From: Heteronotia binoei
Taxonomy: Eukaryota
Reading direction: 5' to 3'
Length of the DNA: 64,000 bases
NCBI RefSeq assembly: GCF_032191835.1
Contig: NC_083235.1
Span: 15,748,001-15,812,000, forward strand
Both the position numbers and the translations under genes were made by a program. Position 1 is the first letter of the stretch. The number at the start of each line of letters is the position of its first letter. Below are positions 1-11,441 of this stretch, piece by piece. A model generated the notes under the pieces. It made no database searches. It saw nothing but the letters and a program-made list of their open reading frames with translations, and was not told the origin of the DNA.

Positions 1-764
1 ATTCACTACAAAGCATATTATATATCTGCTTATGTGTATTATGTCATAACAGCAAGTGATTGTATCACCTCATCTAATTTGTTAATTGAATGTTCGTGTG
101 ATAATTACATGACTGAAAACTTTAAAAAAAAAAAAAGTAAAAAACCCTCCAAAACTCCTCATGGCCTGCATGGGCGCTTCAGTTCTTGATGGAACACACA
201 GTACCAAAGGTGTTCCCCATTCCTGGCTCCAGTGTCGGCTGTCCAGATGTCCAGCCAATGGAATTCAGCAGTGTGCTGAGTCCAGGATGCACACCAAGTC
301 CTAGGTCAACCCAGCCCCAGTGCTGGTCATGCTGCTGTGAGAGGAGAACATTCGTCAGTATAGTGTCTAGACTAGGATCTGGGAGACCACATTTTAACTC
401 CCAGCTGTGTCACGGAAGTTTGCAGGACAACCTTGAGCCAGCCACGTTCTTGTAGCTTAACCTATCCCAAAGCGTAAGTCATGTTAGGCCCCCATCTGGA
501 AAGGAAAACGGGGTAAAATGAAGTAAATAAATAAGTAGTGAGAAAGCAAAGCATAAGGTGGGATCTCCTACCAGCTACGAGGACAAAGGCTTTTAGAAAG
601 AGGTAAGACGTGGAAGGGCTGATTGGGGCCCAAAGTACAACATGGTAAACATTTACAGGGAAGTCCATTCAAGGGCACTCAGAAGGGTTGACTGGGGCCC
701 AAGGTGCAGTATGACATTCACTTGGAAGCCTATACAAGGGCATTTAGAAGGAAATCCACCCAAT

Positions 765-974
765 GCATTCAGAAGGAGGTCCCTCCAAGGGGATTCAGAG
801 GGAGGTCCATCTAAAGGCATTCAGAAGGAAGTCTCTCCAAGGTGATTTAGAGGGAGGTCCATCTAAAGGCATTCACAAGGAAGTTGCTCCAAGGGCATTC
901 AGAAGGAGGTCCATCTAAAGGCATTCAGAAGGAAGCTCCTTCGAGGTCATTCAGAGGAAGGTCCATCTAAGGGC
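765..974. repeat. Minisatellite, 52-bp unit made of two related 26-bp halves, about 4 units (unit A)
   Basis: Consensus GGCATTCAGAAGGAAGTCCCTCCAAG + GGCATTCAGAGGGAGGTCCATCTAAA. Confidence 0.9.
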
Positions 975-1329
975 AATGGTCTTACATGCTAGTCAGGGTA
1001 GCTAACCCACCATCCATCATTGCTCCACATGAGCCATTTTATGCCACTATCATCGCAAATTCCTGGCTCCAGTGTCGAGTGTCCAGATGTCCAGCCACTG
1101 GGTGCCCGTGCCCCCCATCAGCCCCCCAAACCAAAGAGGGCAACAAACAAACAAAAACAACCTTGAGTGTTAATGTTCTGATAGGAAGCAAGGGAGGATA
1201 TAACTTGGAGCTATTCTGCATCCAGTCTCTGACTCTTACAGATTTCTTTGGGATCTCTTGCTGCTGTTCTATTTCAAACGAGTGTGTGTGTTAAAGAAGA
1301 ATCATACTATAAACAGGCTAGTTTACTAC

Positions 1330-1676
1330 GGCCTCTGGGGTTTCTGTCTCAGAGCTATTCCTCAAGGGATGGCTCAGGAGGAAACCTGGCTCAGCCATTC
1401 TCTGAGTATCAGCCCTGAAGGGCACCAAGCTGTGAACAAAAGCTGATGGAGCCACCACACCACTATCGTTTTATGCAATAGCAAACTGTATGTCATATCT
1501 GTTCATCAGAAGAAGGAGGCTTGTGTTAACCAGGAGGAAAAAGCCAAATATGTTCCCTCCTTCCTGATCTCTCCATGGGATGATCCCTTCATTCTTTAGC
1601 ACCTAGAAACTCAAAACTCTGCTGCTGCAAACAGAAAGCATCTTTTTTTGGGTAGGATTTACCAACTGGGGTAAGT
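1330..1676 (+). promoter_or_regulatory. Putative OR promoter / 5' non-coding exon with O/E (EBF)-like sites and a splice donor
   Basis: TCCCnnG-type sites on the minus strand at 1360-1369 and 1571-1580, conserved in units B and C. GG|GTAAGT donor at 1671-1676, also present in unit B at 11767-11772. OR genes typically have upstream non-coding exons. Confidence 0.45.
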
Positions 1677-2228
1677 AGGAGCCCTGCAGGCACCAGAAAT
1701 TTCCTATCACTGATAAGCCCACTGAAGCCTCTTTATTACTTTTGTCAGGGACACTCAACAGGTCCCCCTGAGTTGTTGTTTCTGGCTCCTACCCTGAAAC
1801 CCCTCAATAACCTCCCAGACCCTGATAATCTTGAGGGCATTTTAAGTCCCACCCCCACTCCCTTCTGAGTTTTTTTTCAGCTGAGGGAAAAGGAAGGACT
1901 TTTCCTGGAGTGTTGTCAGAGGAAAGAATGCTTCTCTATCAGAACAGCACTCATTCTAACCTCCATCTCCTCATCTGCAGAAAACCTCTCATAGCAGGGA
2001 GACTATGAGTAGTGGGAGCTAATGTGGCCACCGGAAAAAAGCCCCTGCCATTGAGCAGTGAGCTAAATGGAGCTGCTCTCATATCCTTTCAGGTATTTTT
2101 GTACTTTTTATCTTGTGCATGTGTGTGTGCACCTGGAAGTCATGGCAACCTCCGGTGACTGACCCCTACTGGGGGCCTGGAGGATATTGAGAGAGGTGGC
2201 TGACTAAAGCCTGATTCTGTCTCCTGAC

Positions 2229-2422
2229 CAGTGTTCCCTCTAAGCTGAGTTAGCTTGAGCTAGCTCACAGATTTTTAGTCTCCAGCTCACACATTTTTGT
2301 CTTAGCTCAGGAAGGATAATCCCAAAGCACACTAATTTAGGCAGCGGCTCTCAACTTTAATGCCAGTAGCTCACAAAGTAGAATTTTTGCTCACAAGGCT
2401 CTGCAGCTTAGAGGGAACCTTG
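2229..2422 (+). mobile_element. hAT-type MITE (TIR cagtgttccctctaagc)
   Basis: TIRs present; degenerate 8-bp TSD ctcctgac/ctcccaac; same family as 55974 and 60567. Confidence 0.75.
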
Positions 2423-2430
2423 CTCCCAAC

Positions 2431-2537
2431 TGCTGGTATTCCAAGGAGGTCTTCCATCCAAGTACTTGCCAGAGTTGACCCTGCTTAGCTTCACAGATCA
2501 GACAAGATCAGGCTTGCCTGGGCTGTCCAAGCCAGGG
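2431..2537 (-). mobile_element. 5S rRNA-derived SINE head
   Basis: Reverse complement matches the 5S internal region (gatct..gaagctaagcagggtc..gtacttggatgg.agacc) with many substitutions. A similar element lies at about 59525-59645 (+). Confidence 0.7.
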
Positions 2538-3054
2538 ACCCTCACGTCCTTTCTGGTGGGTGTCACTGGGAGGAGGGAGAGCCATGAAAGTGGGGATGAA
2601 GTCAGCACCTTACAGGAACCATCGCAGGGAGTGTGCGTCTTGCACCTATTTGGTTCCACCTCTTCCTGCGTCTCACATTATCTTTCTGACGGCCACTAAA
2701 TCCAAGGGCTGATCATATAAAAAGTACTGAAAATCAAGAAGAAAGTTGTTCAGTGAGTGGGTGATTCAAACTAGTGTTGTGTCTCGGCTGCATTGGGAAA
2801 GCTTTTTTACCAGTTTAAGGACTGATTTATGTTTTTTCAAGGTGTGGAATTCCTTACTGATTGTATCTTCAAGCATAGTATAATGGCTTTGGTTTTCCAC
2901 TGTGAATGCAGCACTCTTTGCATAGGCAACAGAGAATCCCTGGAGGACTTTTGCATGTACTTTCCTGCCTCAACTGCCATTTTGGGGGCATTGTCCCACT
3001 GTCCCACTGTTGGGGCACTTCTTTCAATGTTTAGTTTAAATGGGAATCTTGAAA

Positions 3055-3211
3055 NNNNNNNNNNNNNNNNNNNNNNNNNNNNNNNNNNNNNNNNNNNNNN
3101 NNNNNNNNNNNNNNNNNNNNNNNNNNNNNNNNNNNNNNNNNNNNNNNNNNNNNNNNNNNNNNNNNNNNNNNNNNNNNNNNNNNNNNNNNNNNNNNNNNNN
3201 NNNNNNNNNNN
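3055..3211. other. N gap (others at 28104-28265, 28399-28567, 35564-35758, 59201-59336)
   Basis: Runs of N of 136-195 nt. Confidence 1.
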
Positions 3212-3792
3212 ATGGAAGAAAGGAACGAGAAATCAGAGGAGTTAGCACCTCCTCTGGCTTCCAGTTGGGATCAATGCCTGGGAGTGGAAGGGGGGAAAGG
3301 TGCCATTGCTTTCTCTTGCTGTCATCACCTTTCTGCATGTCCAGCTCCCCCCCTCCTGCAAACATCTAACACTTTCCCTCTCCCCTAACTGATCACCTGG
3401 CTTATTCTTTGCCCCCACCCCATCACTATTGGTGGCTGCATTCATGTTAGCCAAGATCCAGTTGAGGACCATCTAAACCCCTCTCCCGTTTTTTAAATGT
3501 TTATCTACAAACATTTCCACAGGGGTTCCACTGTGCTTGGAAAAAAATGACCTCTTTCCATACCTGGCCCCATGGCGTGGGTTTTTTGATCAGCACTCAA
3601 TGGGAAATTTAGATTTTTAATTAAAAAATAAATCCTGCATTCTTGATCCAGAGCTTCATAATTCTGTATCTGAATTCTGACACGGAATCTTGAGGCTGAT
3701 GCACGTATCTTGTGCAGCAGGAATAATGGATGTGTCAGGGAGACAGAGATGAGAGACAGAAGACATCATAGAAGGATTCTACCATAGTTTGC

Positions 3793-4073
3793 TCAATTTG
3801 GTGTAATGGTCTGTGTGCAGATTCTTATCTGGGAGAACCAGGTTTGATTCCCCACTCCTTCAAATTCAACTGCTGGGGTAATCTTGGGTCGGCCATAATT
3901 CTGTCAGAAGCTGTTTTGGAAAGAACAATTTCTGTCAAAGCTCTCAGCCCCACGTATCCCACAGGGCACCTGTTGTGGGGAGGGGAGGGAAAAGTCGCTC
4001 TGAGACTCCTTTGGGTACTGAAGGCAGGGTATAAATCCAATCTCCTCCTCCTCCTCTTCCTCCTCTTCTTCTT
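3793..4073 (+). mobile_element. tRNA-derived SINE (Squam3-like, CTT-type tail) upstream of OR-A
   Basis: Head tttggtgta.tggt...gggtttgattccccact and tail ataaatccaat(ctc/ctt)n. The paralogous insertion is at about 29256-29523, and a 5'-deleted copy at about 36380-36538. Confidence 0.8.
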
Positions 4074-4110
4074 GCCAGATAAGATTTATTAGCCATACTT
4101 AATTGCAGGC

Positions 4111-4144
4111 CTCTAACTTTCTTGCTATCTCCTCACTTCAGCAG
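4111..4144 (+). promoter_or_regulatory. 3' splice acceptor before OR-A (branch point CTCTAAC, pyrimidine tract, CAGCAG); same element precedes OR-B and OR-C
   Basis: ctctaactttcttgctatctcctcacttcagcag is essentially identical in all three units and lies 1 nt before the ATG. Confidence 0.75.
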
Positions 4145-4145
4145 T

Positions 4146-5087
4146 ATGGGTCCAGTGAATCACAAGAACGCAACAGAAGTTTCTGAGTTCCTTCTCCAAG
4201 GTTTTCCATCCCAGCCGGAGGTCCAGAGACTCCTCTTCCCACTCTTCCTTTGCATCTATCTGCTCATCCTCCTGGGGAACGTCACAATCATCCTGTTGAT
4301 CCGTTCTGACACACAGCTCCACCAGACTCCCATGTACTTCCTGCTCAGCCACCTTGCCCTAGCTGACCTTGGTTTCGCCTCCACCACCATTCCCAAGGCA
4401 TTAGATAACCTGCTGACTCAGAAGAAGACTATCTCTTATAGTGGTTGTCTGGCCCAGATGTATTTCTATATATATTTTGGCAACTCAGACAACTTCTTGC
4501 TGGCTTTCATGGCCTACGACCGCTACCTAGCTATCTGTTGCCCACTGCACTATTCCGCCATGATGAGCCACAAATGTTGTCTTCAGCTGGTTGCGGCATC
4601 CTGGCTTATTCCCACAATTGACTCATTGCTTTATACACTTTTGATAGCCCATGTTGAGTTCTGTGACCCTGAAGAGATTCCTCAATTCTTCTGTGACATT
4701 TACCCTGTTCTGAGTGTCTCTTGCTCTGATACGAGCATCATAGAAACACTTCTGCTGACTGAGGGGGTGGTGGAAACCCTGGGGCCATTTGTGCTCATTA
4801 TCGTTTCGTATGCACTCATCTTTTATACCATCGTGAAAATTCCATCTGCTGTTGGGAAGCGTAAGGCTTTTTCCACATGTGGGTCCCACATTTGCGTGGT
4901 GGTCTTGTTCTACGGCAGTGTAGGCTGGGTGTATTTTAAGCCAAATTCCATGAACTTAGACCACCAGGACACGGTGGCAGCTGTGATGTATACCCTGGTG
5001 ACCCCTGTGTTGAATCCCTTCATTTACAGCCTCAGGAACAGCGAGATGAAGGCGGCCATGAAGAGGGTCATTAAGCGGCATTTTTGA
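4146..5087 (+). CDS. Olfactory receptor OR-A, class II, OR family 1-like, 313 aa, intact
   Basis: Motifs GN (TM1), TPMYF, MAYDRYLAIC-PLHY, SY, KAFSTCGSH, PVLNPFIYSLRN. The ORF track starts at an upstream TTG; the first ATG is at 4146, just after a splice acceptor. Confidence 0.96.
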   Translation: MGPVNHKNATEVSEFLLQGFPSQPEVQRLLFPLFLCIYLLILLGNVTIILLIRSDTQLHQTPMYFLLSHLALADLGFASTTIPKALDNLLTQKKTISYSGCLAQMYFYIYFGNSDNFLLAFMAYDRYLAICCPLHYSAMMSHKCCLQLVAASWLIPTIDSLLYTLLIAHVEFCDPEEIPQFFCDIYPVLSVSCSDTSIIETLLLTEGVVETLGPFVLIIVSYALIFYTIVKIPSAVGKRKAFSTCGSHICVVVLFYGSVGWVYFKPNSMNLDHQDTVAAVMYTLVTPVLNPFIYSLRNSEMKAAMKRVIKRHF

Positions 5088-5944
5088 TGATGTGTTCAAG
5101 GGCTAAACTATTGGGCTAAATGCAAAAGAAAAATAATTTTACCTTGGAAGCGCAGAAACTTTATTCTGTATCTTTGATCTTCCATATTTCCCGGTTAAGG
5201 GGAAAGTGATGTTCAAAAATTATAACGGCGATCTGACTCTAATGTCAGATTACTTACTTAATGCAATTTTACTTAGAAAAATAGAAGCACATCTTACATG
5301 GCATGTTCATGTAGGTACATTTTGACTTATTGTGAACAGATTAACTTCATAAAGGTTATCCTGCTACAGCTCCAAGCCCACGTAAGAGAGAATTGAGGTC
5401 CCATATAAGGCGACACAGAAGGCAAGCTACTGTTGAAGATGTTCTTGATGCATTGATCCTCAAACACTACTCAAAACGATCTATGTAGTGCAATCTGAGA
5501 TACCAGTAATCTTTCTTTGAGCAAACGTGTACTTGTGAAAGGTGTGGTATTTCTGTGGTAGTTAGCATTGTATTAGGTTGCCGGAGACTTTTCAATTTCC
5601 ACCACTACCACAAAGCTTACTGGTTAGCTTTGGACCACTCACAGATTTGCTCCCTCTAAGCTGTGGAGTCCTGTGAGCAAAAATTCTACTTCACGAGGAA
5701 CTGGCATTAAAGTTGTGAGCAAGTGATTTGGATCTTGCATAAATTAGTCTTCTCTGGGGCCATCCTTCCTGAGCTAAGACAAAGACGTGTGAGCCTGTCA
5801 TGATCTTAGGCCTAGTGCGGCCTAGAGGGTAGGGAGAAGCCTACCTAGGAGTTGCTAGTGGACCAACATTTCCCAGGATCCCTTCTGATTGGGTGGAAGC
5901 TGCTTTGGAGGGAAAACTAGCCTAGAGGTGTGGGACCTGGGAGT

Positions 5945-6596
5945 GGGCTTCCCAACCCTCCCGCCCTGGCGGGGGACCCCAGGATTTCAAAAAAATGGAA
6001 GCGGGGGGAGGGGGTGGAAACGGCGCCGGGGAGCATGGCAAGCTTCCGCATCCCGGAGCCGGCGAGGCCGCTGCACCGCTGCTGCCCCCTCCCCTCCCAC
6101 CACAGCTGCTCCTCCGAGATGAGCCCAGGGTGAGCCCATCTCAGAGGAGCAGCCAAGAGGCGGCAGCAGCGCAGGGGAGGGCAAGGCAGGCTAGGAGCAT
6201 GGCGAGCCGTGAATGCGGGTCCTTCTAGGACCCGGACTCGCGGCTCGCCATGCCCCCGGCCCGCCTCCACCCCCCCTCCGCTTCCACCCCAGAGGTGGAG
6301 CGGGTGAGGCGGCAGCGGCGCGGCGGCCTCTTCTCCGCTTGCTGTGGCTGCTCCTCCGAGATGGGCTCAGGCTGAGCCCATCTCGGAGGAGCAGCCACAG
6401 CGAGCTGAGAAGAGGCCGCCGCGCCGCTGCTGCCTCTCCGCTCGCCGTGGCTGCTCCTCCGAGATGGGCTCAGGCTGAGCCCAACTCGGAGGAGCAGCCA
6501 CGGCGAGCGGAGAAGAGGCCGCCGCGCTGCTGCCACCTCGCCCGCTCCACCTCTGGGGTGGAAGCGGAGGGGGGGGGTGGAGGCGGGCCGGGGGCG
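5945..6596. repeat. GC/CpG-rich block of nested palindromes (MITE-like)
   Basis: Three copies of gctgctcctccgagatgggctca-ggc-tgagcccatctcggaggagcagc; long inverted repeat 6252-6370 vs 6474-6596; hairpin 6197-6253. Confidence 0.8.
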
Positions 6597-6868
6597 GCTT
6601 GGTCTCTCTGGAGCGTCTGCAGTCTGGAAAGAAGGCTGTAGCTGGATGTTCTTCGCCCAGGGGTGGTGAGTCTATGGCATAAGAGGAAGGGAACGTTTAG
6701 GTAGTTGTGTGAGTCTATGGCATAAGAGGAAGGGAACGTTTAGGTAGTTGTGTCAGGGCTTTTATTTCTTTGTACCAACTTTTACTGTTTTTTCTTTCTA
6801 TATTCACTGTTGCACTAAAAGGTCTTTACCAAGCACTTACTGTTTTGAGCATTTACAATAAGCTTCTT

Positions 6869-7740
6869 GTTAGTTCAGTTCAGTATGCTTTATTACGGTC
6901 CATTACCAAATACACAGCACAATGTAGGCCAACAACAACCACATAAAAATTGTAAAAATCAAGATGGACCTAAATAAGTAAATGTAAGATTTTAAAAAAT
7001 AAATGTGAACATAATATATAGGACATTAGTATGAATAATGAGATATGACAAATAATACAGTAGTGGTCAAACATCCTCTAGCTTAATAAATATAGTACAT
7101 ATAATAAAAAAATTAAAATTTAAAAATTTAAAGTTTAAAATTTAAAAATTTAAAAATTATACAGCTCCAGAAGAAATATTAACTAAAATACACTGGTTAA
7201 AATTGCAATCTGTTACCTCCACATTAACTTGTAAGAACCATAAAATGCAATTTGGTTGCATGGGAACAAAATTTGGCAACTTTATGCATGGTCTCTGAAT
7301 TTATCTCAGTTTCAGTAGCATTTGTGATGGTATACAGAGTACTCAGGCATTTAAGAAAAGATAAAATACAAGCTTGGAAATGTTCAAAAAACAGTCAGTT
7401 CAGGACCCCTTCTTTACATAATCCTCACGAATTCTCCTAGCTGCTGCCATAAATTTGGCACAATTAATTGTGAATTGGGGGTTAAAATCCGATAACAGCG
7501 TATTTCTGATTTTGAAATCAGAAAACTCGAGACATCCCTCCAACAAAGAATAAATGTACCTGGCTCGTATGCCAGGGTATAGGCCACACCCAAACAAAAC
7601 ATGGTCAATTATTTCAACTTTATCTGCACCGCAATGACAAACCCACTCAGCCCTAGGCACCTTTCTAAAGCGGCCCTAAGCTTCTTGTTAAACTGTCCAG
7701 GTCCTCATGTCTCTTTGGTCACGGTTAATAGGTACTTGCT
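6869..7740 (-). mobile_element. Non-LTR retrotransposon 3' fragment with C-terminal CCHC motif (clade unresolved)
   Basis: Minus-strand peptide VCHCG..EIIDHVLFGC..Y, AT-rich 3'UTR, AATAAA and (TGAAC)n tail. A related fragment lies at about 56830-57360 (LARFN..LEGRY..LCSC..HILLHC). Confidence 0.6.
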
Positions 7741-8222
7741 TAGGGTTGCCAGGTTTGACTTTGGGAGTGGAGCCAGGAGAGTTTGAGAGTGGAGCCAGAA
7801 TGAAGGGTGTGATAAGCACAATTGAACTCCAAAGGGAGTTCTGACCATCCCATTTAAAGCTACTGTGTGTCTTTTAAATTCCTTCACTTTTAAAAATGAA
7901 GGATGGGGCACATACTTTGGGGCTGATAGAATTTGAACTCTGGTCCAATCTTTTTGAAACTCGGGGAGTGTTTTGAGGGGAGGCACCAGATGCTATGCTG
8001 AACTTTTTGTGCCTCTATCTCAAAAAAATAGCCCCCCTCCCAGCCCCAGATACCCACAGATCAATTCTCCATTATACCCTATGGGAGTTGGTCTCCATAG
8101 GGTATAATGGATTGCCCAGATGACACTTTCCTCCCTCCTCCCTCTTTCTGATGTCCCTGAAGTGGGGAGAGGACCTCCAAACTGGGGGATCCCCTGCCCC
8201 CAACTAGGGATTGGCAGCCCTG
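7741..8222 (+). mobile_element. About 480-bp MITE (tagggttgcca...tggcagccctg)
   Basis: Terminal inverted repeats. Other copies at about 38014-38500 (reverse) and about 39100-39597 plus 43445-43465 (host of the Copia). Confidence 0.7.
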
Positions 8223-9200
8223 TTTAACTTGCTAACATGGAAGACTGGATGGTTGAGAACTCTTGCGCCCTCCCATACGAACCCTTATCAGAGTGGTGGC
8301 AGCCATTAGAAGCCCCTTCCTGGTCCCCTGCAGTGTGACAGGCAAAATTGTGCCCCACCTCACACTAACTGAGCTCACAGGGAACAGTGGTTAGGACAAG
8401 AGGGGAACTAGCATGCACTCACCACAGGGTTGCCATCTCAGGTTTGGGAAATTCTTGGAGATTTGGAGGGTGAAACCTGGGGAGGGTGGGGTTTGGGGAC
8501 AGGAGGGACCTCAGCAGGGTATAATGCCATAGAGCTCACCCTCCAAAGCAGCCATTTTCTCCCCCGGGGTACAGATCTTTCTTATCTGGATATTAGCTAT
8601 AATTCCAGGAGATCCCCAGGTACCACATGGAGATTTGCAAACCTAACTGACAACCTGGAATGCCTTCTTGCTAACCCTGTTTCAGGCTGGCTTGTAGCCC
8701 CTTCTTGGCCCACATTAAGGTGCCATTCTACCGTTTCTGGTGGCTTGAGCACACTGTGAGATGTGCTCAGCAGTGACCCTCCAGAATTCCTCATGGCCTA
8801 CATGGGTGCTTCTGTTCTTGATGGAACACAGTACCAAAGGTGATGCTTTGCCATATCCACTGAATTCAGCAGTGTGCTGAGTCCAGGATACATACCAAGT
8901 ACTAGCTGAACCCAGCCCCAATGCTGATCATGCTGCTGTGGGAGGAGAACATCTGTCAGTATAGTGTCTAGACTAGCATCTGGGAGACCCCGTTTTAACT
9001 CCCAGCTGTGCCACGGAAGTTTGCAGGACAACTTGGGGCCAGCCACGTTATTGTAACTTAACGTACCCCACAGTGTAAGTCATGTTGGGCCCCCATTTGG
9101 AGAGGAAAATGAGGTAAAATGAAGTAAATAAATTAGTGAGGAAGTAAAGCGTAAGGTGGGACCTTGTACCAGCTATTACAACAGAGACTTTTAGAAAAAG

Positions 9201-9623
9201 GCATTCAGAAGGAAGACCCTCCAAGGGCGTTCTGAGGGAGGACCATCTAAAGACATTCAGAAGGAAGTCCCTCCAAGGGCATTCAGAGAGAGGCCCATAT
9301 AACGACATTCAGAAGGAAGTCCCTCCAAGGGCGTTCTGAGGGAGGACCATCTAACGACATTCAGAAGGAAGTCCCTCCAAGGGCATTCAGAGGGAGGTCC
9401 ATCTAAAGACACTCAGAAGGAAATCCCTCCATGGGGATTCAGAGGGAGGTCCATCTAAAGATATTCAGAAGGAAGTCCCTCCAAGGCATTCAGAGAGAGG
9501 TCCATCTAAAGGCATTCAGAAGGAAGTCCCTCTAAGAGCATTCAGAGGGAGGTCCATCTAAAGGCATTCAACAGGAAGTCCCTTCAAGCGGGGAGGTCCA
9601 TTCAGAGAGAGGTTCATCTAAGG
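9201..9623. repeat. Same 26/52-bp minisatellite, about 8 units (unit B)
   Basis: 52-bp period read directly (gcattc at 9201, acattc at 9253, and so on). Confidence 0.92.
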
Positions 9624-10005
9624 GGAAGGTCTTACATGCTAGTCAGGGTAGCTACCCCACCATCCATCACTGCTCTACACGAGCTATTCTATGCCACTTT
9701 CACCCCATTCCTGGCCCCCAGTGTTGGCTGTCCAGATGTCCAGCCACTGGGTGCCCCCTGCCCCCAATCAGCCCCCCAACACCAAAGAGGGCAACAAACA
9801 AACAAAAACAATCCTGAGTGTTAATGTTCTGATAGGAAACAAGGGAGTGGGGAGGATATATTGTGCACCCAGTCTCTGACTCTTTCTTTGGGATCTCTTG
9901 CTGCTGTTCTATTCCAAACGTTTGTGTGTGTTAAAGAAGAATCATACCATAAACATGCTAATTTGCTTCAGCCTCTGGGGTCCTGTCTCAGAACTATTCC
10001 TCAAG

Positions 10006-11441
10006 AACTTCCGGTTTGGATTTCATGGAGAATTGACGAACTTTCCAGTGGGGGAGCTCACCAGACGCTCTATTCTGGACAGAGAAGGTGTTTTAATACC
10101 TGCTGTCTACATCATCTAGGCAAGATGATGGCCAAGATATGCTTAAAGTTCTGAGGAGAGGTACTTTGGCTAACGTGAAATCCCGTGTGTGTGTGTGTGT
10201 TTTTTGGCTTTGAAGAGTCTCCGGAAAAGTACCACTTCCAACGTTTATAGAGGTTATCTGGGGTTGTTAAATCGACATAAATTCAACGTGTGCCAAGCTT
10301 CTTAAGGGCTAATTAATCGTGGATGAGAAACAGACCAGTGTGTTTTATGTCGGGACTTCAAAGGTAAAGAGATTTTTATCTGTTGCTCCAGGACTAAATT
10401 GGGAAATATTTTGAAGGCAAACGAAGGTCTGGACACATAAACAACTTGTACTAATAAAGAAGGAGGAGGAGGGGGAAATCTTGGACTCAGTTAAACAGAT
10501 ATAAGGCTTAAAAAAGCAAAAGCTGATATTGTTTTGAATTTTTGTGGTCACTCCCCCCGAAAGTGGAAGAACTGCAGCTCAACAAGTCATTACAGGAAAT
10601 GACGTCTGGGCATGGGAACATCGTGAGACTTTACAACCATAGATAACAAGACTTTGTGGCAAGTGTAGGCGGAAGAGGCCATCAAGGGAAGGAAAAACTA
10701 CAGGTTTTTTTAAGCCCCTTTAGGACTAAACCATAGAGAAACATCGAGCACCATTTTGGAAATTATAACCCCTTTAAAAATTAATATCTGGACCCAGGGA
10801 CATAAAGGATGGCGATTTTGGGCTTTTCTTAAAGGGCATGCCGTAATCTACAACACTAGACCATTTAAAAAGAACTTGGTGACTTCAGTTGTAAAGTCTA
10901 TATTTATAATGGGCAGGCAGTCATGTCAGCCCAAAAACCATTACAGACAAGATCTAAGACACTAGAAGAGGGCTGATAAAAAAGAACAGACGGATACCAT
11001 GGAAGCTAGATTGTCTAATCTGATTCAAGATTCTATTAGTGATTGTAAGAAGTAATTAAAAAAAAGATATAGAAGTTCTCAGTAAAGAGTTTAAGTCAGT
11101 ATCCGAAAAAATCCAAGAGGTGGAAGAGAAAGTGAAAGACCATGATGAAAGAATTAATACAGTGGATTCCACTATTAAAAAATTTCAGGACAAAGCAGTA
11201 CTGCAGGACTGCAAATCAATGGAAAATCAGATACGTTTGAGAGGTGTGCCTGAAAAGGATGATGATTTAAGGAAATACATAATAAGGATTATTGCTGAAT
11301 ATGTTGGCAATGATCCTGAGGAGACTAATTACTTTTATGACTATATTTACAGGGTCAATTCAGAATATACAAGGGAAAATAAACTACCAAGAGATGTGGT
11401 AGTGAGATGTGTAAACAAGAGACTTGGTGGGAAGGATTCTA
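10006..11441 (+). mobile_element. L1 insertion comprising 5'UTR and partial ORF1 only, 3'-truncated, 16-bp TSD
   Basis: TSD agaactattcctcaag at 9990-10005 and 11442-11457; single copy at the empty sites in units A and C. 5' end aacttccggt resembles the L1 start at 47083. ORF1-like peptide (IRLRGVPE...LPRDVVVR). No poly(A). Confidence 0.85.

Larger units (their letters stand above)
5796..8340 (+). mobile_element. Probable solo LTR (TGTCA...TGACA) inside a hAT MITE, itself carrying nested insertions
   Basis: The hAT MITE is split into about 5645-5795 and 8341-8389, and the interrupting block starts TGTCA and ends TGACA. No clear TSD. Confidence 0.5.

Noticed and set aside
2431-2537. 5S rRNA gene
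   Set aside because: It is diverged, lacks the proper 5S ends and terminator, and lies among other repeats; a SINE head or pseudogene.
4122-4145. N-terminal extensions of the ORs (TTG start MLSPHFSS; also 57737-57793 for OR-D)
   Set aside because: These bases are the pyrimidine tract and acceptor; the downstream ATG gives typical OR length and position relative to the N-glycosylation site.
5889-6641. Several overlapping GC-rich ORFs on both strands
   Set aside because: Stop-poor palindromic repeat DNA with no recognisable domain.
9201-9623. CRISPR-like array (alternating about 26-bp segments)
   Set aside because: Both alternating segments are repeated and related to each other. There are no unique spacers and no cas genes, and the context is vertebrate. 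It is a dimeric minisatellite.
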